From assembly GCA_045401155.1 (NCBI GenBank), contig CP174360.1, positions 513,490 through 577,489 of the forward strand: DNA of 64,000 bases, given 5' to 3'. Both the position numbers and the translations under genes were made by a program. The notes below the pieces were generated by a model. It was not told the DNA's origin and searched no databases. It worked only from the letters and a program-made list of their open reading frames with translations. This DNA comes from Candidatus Minusculum obligatum (GTDB lineage Bacteria > Patescibacteriota > Minisyncoccia > Phycocordibacterales > Phycocordibacteraceae). Position 1 is the stretch's first letter, and every line of letters starts with the position of its first letter. Positions 60,122 through 64,000 of the stretch are shown one piece after another.

Positions 60122-61027
60122 ATGTCATACATTGGCTTCCCAAAAGAACTTATACCATCGCTGATTTGTCAAAAATGTGAATCTGCTTTGGGCTTGGAAG
60201 TAAAGCAAGAGAATAAAGATAGAATAGTTTCCGGAAATTTAAAGTGTTCAAAGTGTGAGAAAACATACGCCATAAGGAAAGGAGTGGTTTTATTTTTAGA
60301 AAAAGAAGAAGTAAAAAGCGAAATTCAAAAAAAAGAAATTGAAGAGCGCGATAAACAAGCGCAAGGTTATGATAAACGTCTTGCTCCTAGATATTTTAGA
60401 GAAGTTGTGCCCACATTAAAATTTCTTGGAGATACATCTAATAAGAAACTAATTGAATATGCTTGCGGAACTGGACGTGTCACAACAGAGATCAAGGAAG
60501 GAACTCATATTCTAGCCATAGATTTTTCTGTTGAGTCTTTAGAGGTTTTATCGTCAAAAATTAAACCGGATTCTATCACTGGCCTGGTTTTGGCTGATGC
60601 TTCTAAATTTAAATCAGCAAATAATTTTTTTGATTTTGCCCTAGCTGCCCAGTTTATTGAACATTTACCAAGCATTAATGATAGAAAAGAATTTCTACTC
60701 AATGTTTCAAATTCAATAAAAAAAGAAGCTGTTTTTGTTTCAACAGTCTACTATCAGGACCTTAGAAGAAAACTAAAAGGCCTTAAACCTGAAGGCAGTC
60801 ATAAAGATGCTATATTCTTCCATTATTTTTCTATCAAGGAATCTAAGAAAGAATGGTCTGAATACTTTAAACACGTGGAAGTAGTTCCAATCGATATAGA
60901 ACTACCCCTACAAGCTCGATTATCTTTAAGCCCAGAGGTCTCTGGGTTCATATCAGAAAGACTTCAGAATATTTACCCACTTAATCTGTTTGGACACCTA
61001 CTCTGTGTCATAGCAAATAATAAATAG
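60122..61027 (+). CDS. SAM-dependent methyltransferase with N-terminal Trm112-like Zn ribbon
   Basis: CQKC...CSKC..Y.I..GV; EYACGTG; AT-rich. Confidence 0.8.
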   Translation: MSYIGFPKELIPSLICQKCESALGLEVKQENKDRIVSGNLKCSKCEKTYAIRKGVVLFLEKEEVKSEIQKKEIEERDKQAQGYDKRLAPRYFREVVPTLKFLGDTSNKKLIEYACGTGRVTTEIKEGTHILAIDFSVESLEVLSSKIKPDSITGLVLADASKFKSANNFFDFALAAQFIEHLPSINDRKEFLLNVSNSIKKEAVFVSTVYYQDLRRKLKGLKPEGSHKDAIFFHYFSIKESKKEWSEYFKHVEVVPIDIELPLQARLSLSPEVSGFISERLQNIYPLNLFGHLLCVIANNK

Positions 61028-61054
61028 AGAAGGCGAACATTATTCCAATACCCA

Positions 61055-61092
61055 CTAAACAGAAAATCCGCCAAAGCGGATTTTCTGTTTAG
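61055..61092. terminator. Bidirectional terminator
   Basis: CTAAACAGAAAATCCG/CGGATTTTCTGTTTAG. Confidence 0.85.
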
Positions 61093-61105
61093 ATACTATA
61101 ACGTG

Positions 61106-61176
61106 CTGCCCAGCAGGGAATCGAACCCCGATTTTTGGTGCCAGAAACCAACGTCCTACCGTTAGACGACCGGGCA
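61106..61176 (-). tRNA. tRNA-Gln(CTG)
   Basis: Reverse complement: TGCCCGG/CTGGGCA, TTGGT-TTCTGGC-ACCAA. Confidence 0.93.
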
Positions 61177-61256
61177 AGTAATCCGTAGAATAGTCTAAAA
61201 TCTAATATAATTCAAACGAAATGGGGCGCACCATTTTCAGACACGCCCCAAAAAGA

Positions 61257-61610
61257 TCACAATACTTGAGAAGCACGGATGCTCTCAAACCCCCTCCTCT
61301 GACTATGAGGATCGAGGTTCGGAGTATTGACTCGATGGCCCTTCTCGTACGCCTGTCTGCGAAGCTGCAGATTATGCGGCGAAAGCACCCGCAAACAATC
61401 CATCGGAAGCTCATCAGCAACCTCAGTCAGATGGAAGTGAGCAAGGATTGCCTGACGCCCTTCTTCAGTGAGGCTTTCACTTTCCCAGCGGACGCCAACT
61501 TTTTGAGAAACAGTCCAGGTGTCCTGCTCCTCAAACGACCAATCCGCCTGAATGCATCCATACTCGTCGATATTCACCGAAAAGCAGGCTTTTTGATTTT
61601 CAGAGGACAT
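61257..61610 (-). CDS. Hypothetical orphan protein
   Basis: AGGGGAGGAG SD, promoter TTGACA-N17-TATCTT (61683-61655), hairpin at ~61222-61254. Confidence 0.65.
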   Translation of the reverse strand: MSSENQKACFSVNIDEYGCIQADWSFEEQDTWTVSQKVGVRWESESLTEEGRQAILAHFHLTEVADELPMDCLRVLSPHNLQLRRQAYEKGHRVNTPNLDPHSQRRGFESIRASQVL

Positions 61611-61683
61611 TTTCTCCTCCCCTTTCTATTTCGAGCTCAATTACTCTTAATTTGAAGATATTCCTCAAATATAAAACTGTCAA

Positions 61684-62610
61684 CTATGACTTCAAGTACT
61701 TTTGTACTGCCAAGAAACTTGAGACTACTCCAAGGAAGATTCCAGAGATAAGGAGGATACCGAACACAAGCGCAAAATGAGACGTATAGTACTCAAAAAT
61801 GTTTACTCCCCCTAGCCATTCTTGCGTATATTCTGCAAAATAGAACGTAACTGGATAGAAAAATATTGCTGTAAGGATAGTTGCAGTAACTCCATAAAGA
61901 ATTCCTTCAACCACAAACGGTCCGCGCACGTACATGTTTGACGCTCCTACAAGGCGCATCACTTTAATCTCCTCTCGTGCTGAGTAAATCGCAAGACGAA
62001 TGGTATTAAAAGCAATAATAATTGAAGCGATAATGAATATTCCTGCAAGAATAATTCCAATACGCTCAACTGCGTCAGTAATACTATTCAATCTTTCAAT
62101 TACAATCTTGTTCTGGAAATAGTTAATATCATCAATGATTGATGTCCCTCCTGCCCCAAGAACGGGATCTGTCTCAAGAAATGCTGCAATACTCTCATAC
62201 TGAGATGGCTCAACAGCCTTAATTGCAAGAGAAGCCCCTAGGGGGTTCTCTCCAAGCTCATCAAGCGCCTGGAGTGTAAGCTGATCATCCTTGTGTCGCT
62301 CACGAAACTCCGCAAGCGCCTGATCCCTATTTGTATAAGTCACGTATGACACCTCTGGAAGACCTTCAATCTGATCCTTAAGTTCTAGAATCTCAGGCTC
62401 TGGAGCGTCTACAACAAAATATACGTTCACATCCACCTTGTCTCGCACCTGATCAAGCACGTTTGTAAGCGTGGTGTTCATAAACATGATAGACCCAATG
62501 ATCATAAGCGTTACCGTCATGATCAAAACGGTCGCAAAAGAAACAAGACTGTTTCTAAAGAAACTAATTGCACCTGCCTTACATACTCGTTTTATATTTG
62601 TGAAAAACAT
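61684..62610 (-). CDS. ftsX: Cell division permease FtsX
   Basis: NPLGAS, NTIRLAIY.REEI.VMRLVGA. Confidence 0.94.
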   Translation of the reverse strand: MFFTNIKRVCKAGAISFFRNSLVSFATVLIMTVTLMIIGSIMFMNTTLTNVLDQVRDKVDVNVYFVVDAPEPEILELKDQIEGLPEVSYVTYTNRDQALAEFRERHKDDQLTLQALDELGENPLGASLAIKAVEPSQYESIAAFLETDPVLGAGGTSIIDDINYFQNKIVIERLNSITDAVERIGIILAGIFIIASIIIAFNTIRLAIYSAREEIKVMRLVGASNMYVRGPFVVEGILYGVTATILTAIFFYPVTFYFAEYTQEWLGGVNIFEYYTSHFALVFGILLISGIFLGVVSSFLAVQKYLKS

Positions 62611-62612
62611 AT

Positions 62613-63293
62613 CTATAGAATATATCGTCCATGCTTATCATCTCGCACCACCTTTCCATTCTCCATGGTAACCACACGACGACCAACTGCATCTACTACC
62701 CCTTTATTGTGTGTTGTTAGGATAACCGTTGTTCCAAGTTCATTAATCTTCTCAAGAATCTGCATGATCTCATGCGTGTTAATTGGATCTAGGTTCCCTG
62801 TTGGCTCATCTGCAATGATAACATCTGGCTGATTGATGATTGCGCGCCCAATCGCAACTCTCTGACGCTCTCCTCCTGAAAGCTCGTGTGGGAAGTGATC
62901 TCCCTTATCTCCAAGACCAACAAGGTCAAGAATGTGTGGCACATCAGATGCAATCTCCGCATCAGTTCTCCCTGCTGCCTCCATAGCAAAGGCAATATTT
63001 TCGTATGTGGTTTTATTATCAATCAAACGGAAGTCCTGAAATACAGTTCCCATTCGCTTTCGATAATTGTGAAGCTCTCCTCGTGGAAGCTCATTCACAC
63101 ACGTAGACTCAAAAAACACACTACCCTCACTTGGCCGCTCCTCTGCCAAAAGCATACGAAGCAGTGTTGTCTTACCTGCTCCTGACTGCCCCACAATAGA
63201 AACAAACTCTTTAGGTCCAATAGAAAGGGTCACACCCTCTACGGCATGTGAACCCTTTCCATACTTCTTGGTTACATTATCAAAATAGATCAT
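62613..63293 (-). CDS. ftsE: Cell division ATP-binding protein FtsE
   Basis: GQSGAGKTT, VFQDFRL, LSGGE, DEPTGNLD. Confidence 0.94.
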   Translation of the reverse strand: MIYFDNVTKKYGKGSHAVEGVTLSIGPKEFVSIVGQSGAGKTTLLRMLLAEERPSEGSVFFESTCVNELPRGELHNYRKRMGTVFQDFRLIDNKTTYENIAFAMEAAGRTDAEIASDVPHILDLVGLGDKGDHFPHELSGGERQRVAIGRAIINQPDVIIADEPTGNLDPINTHEIMQILEKINELGTTVILTTHNKGVVDAVGRRVVTMENGKVVRDDKHGRYIL

Positions 63294-63311
63294 GGCTCAA
63301 TTCCCTCTATT

Positions 63312-64000
63312 CTACTTCCTCTGCCTCATTGCGTCTATAAAACTATCAAGGTTTCCAGAAAATACCTTTTCTGGGTCACGCACCTCAATGTCTGTACGAT
63401 GATCTTTCACCATTTTATATGGATGTAATACGTATGAACGAATCTGATTTCCCCACTCAATAGCAGTATCCTTTGTCGTTGAAAGATCACGAAGTTCACT
63501 CTTTTTCTCTTCCTCAAGCTTAGTTGCAAGTTTACCTCGAAGCATTGCAAGAGCCTTCTCCCTATTTGCAAGCTGAGAGCGCTCGCTTGAAACATGCACT
63601 GAAAGCCCTGTAGGTGTATGGGTTGCACGAACTGCCGTCTCTCTCTTATTTACATTCTGTCCTCCTGCGCCACCACTTTTTGCAAACGAAAGCTCTATAT
63701 CATCATCTGGAATAGATAGCGTCGTAGACTCTGTAATAACCGGTAACACCTCAACAAGCGCAAATGATGTCTGCCGCTTACCTGCTGAGTTAAATGGAGA
63801 GAGTCGTACAAGTCGATGTACGCCAGATTCATACTGAAGTGTCCCGTACGCGTTTTTACCCGCAACTTCAATTGAAATATTTCGATACCCTCCAAGATCA
63901 TTTGGAGAATCGTCTAATACAAATACATCCCAGCCCTTACTCTCTGCAAAGCTTCGATACATGCGATACAGCATACCTGTGAAATCCTCAGCATCATCTC
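63312..64000 (-). CDS. prfB: Peptide chain release factor 2 (5' part beyond window)
   Basis: GVHRLVRLSPF (SPF), GGQ, WGNQIRSY; frame stays open to the window edge. Confidence 0.95.
   Translation of the reverse strand, partial: DDAEDFTGMLYRMYRSFAESKGWDVFVLDDSPNDLGGYRNISIEVAGKNAYGTLQYESGVHRLVRLSPFNSAGKRQTSFALVEVLPVITESTTLSIPDDDIELSFAKSGGAGGQNVNKRETAVRATHTPTGLSVHVSSERSQLANREKALAMLRGKLATKLEEEKKSELRDLSTTKDTAIEWGNQIRSYVLHPYKMVKDHRTDIEVRDPEKVFSGNLDSFIDAMRQRK

Noticed and set aside
61221-61655. 144-aa plus-strand ORF
   Set aside because: The opposite-strand ORF has the promoter and SD support
63312-64000. prfB programmed frameshift
   Set aside because: The 5' region that would contain the site lies outside the window

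Overview
Core chromosomal region of a small-genome bacterium. The gene content suggests a Candidate Phyla Radiation/Patescibacteria (Parcubacteria-like) organism: tandem VirB2-like pilins, a degenerate HisRS paralog, short S1 and ValRS, and a compact RNase P RNA. That assignment is an inference. TGA is used as a stop codon (code 11). The window holds housekeeping genes (clpB, iscS, infB, rbfA, gyrA, rpsA, pth, lepB, ybeY, ftsAZ, trxB, murB, tsaD, valS, lepA, murJ, nrdAB, htpX, lemA, groESL, secG, rnj, mutY, nth, bcp, ftsEX, prfB), 8 tRNAs and rnpB. I saw no integrase, transposase or CRISPR array. The best novelty candidate is an unannotated, GC-rich, highly base-paired ~600-nt transcription unit at ~17138-17743. 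It has its own sigma70 promoter and intrinsic terminator, no long ORF, and looks like a large ornate ncRNA. Two more promoter- and terminator-bounded structured units lie at 56231-56481 and 45716-45895. These RNAs and several GC-rich orphan or small-protein genes use full TTGAC(A/T) promoters, some sharing spacer sequence, and the orphan genes have strong SD sites. Core genes instead look mostly leaderless (TGnTAnnnT 6-10 nt before ATG). An AOX/PTOX-like diiron protein is also present.
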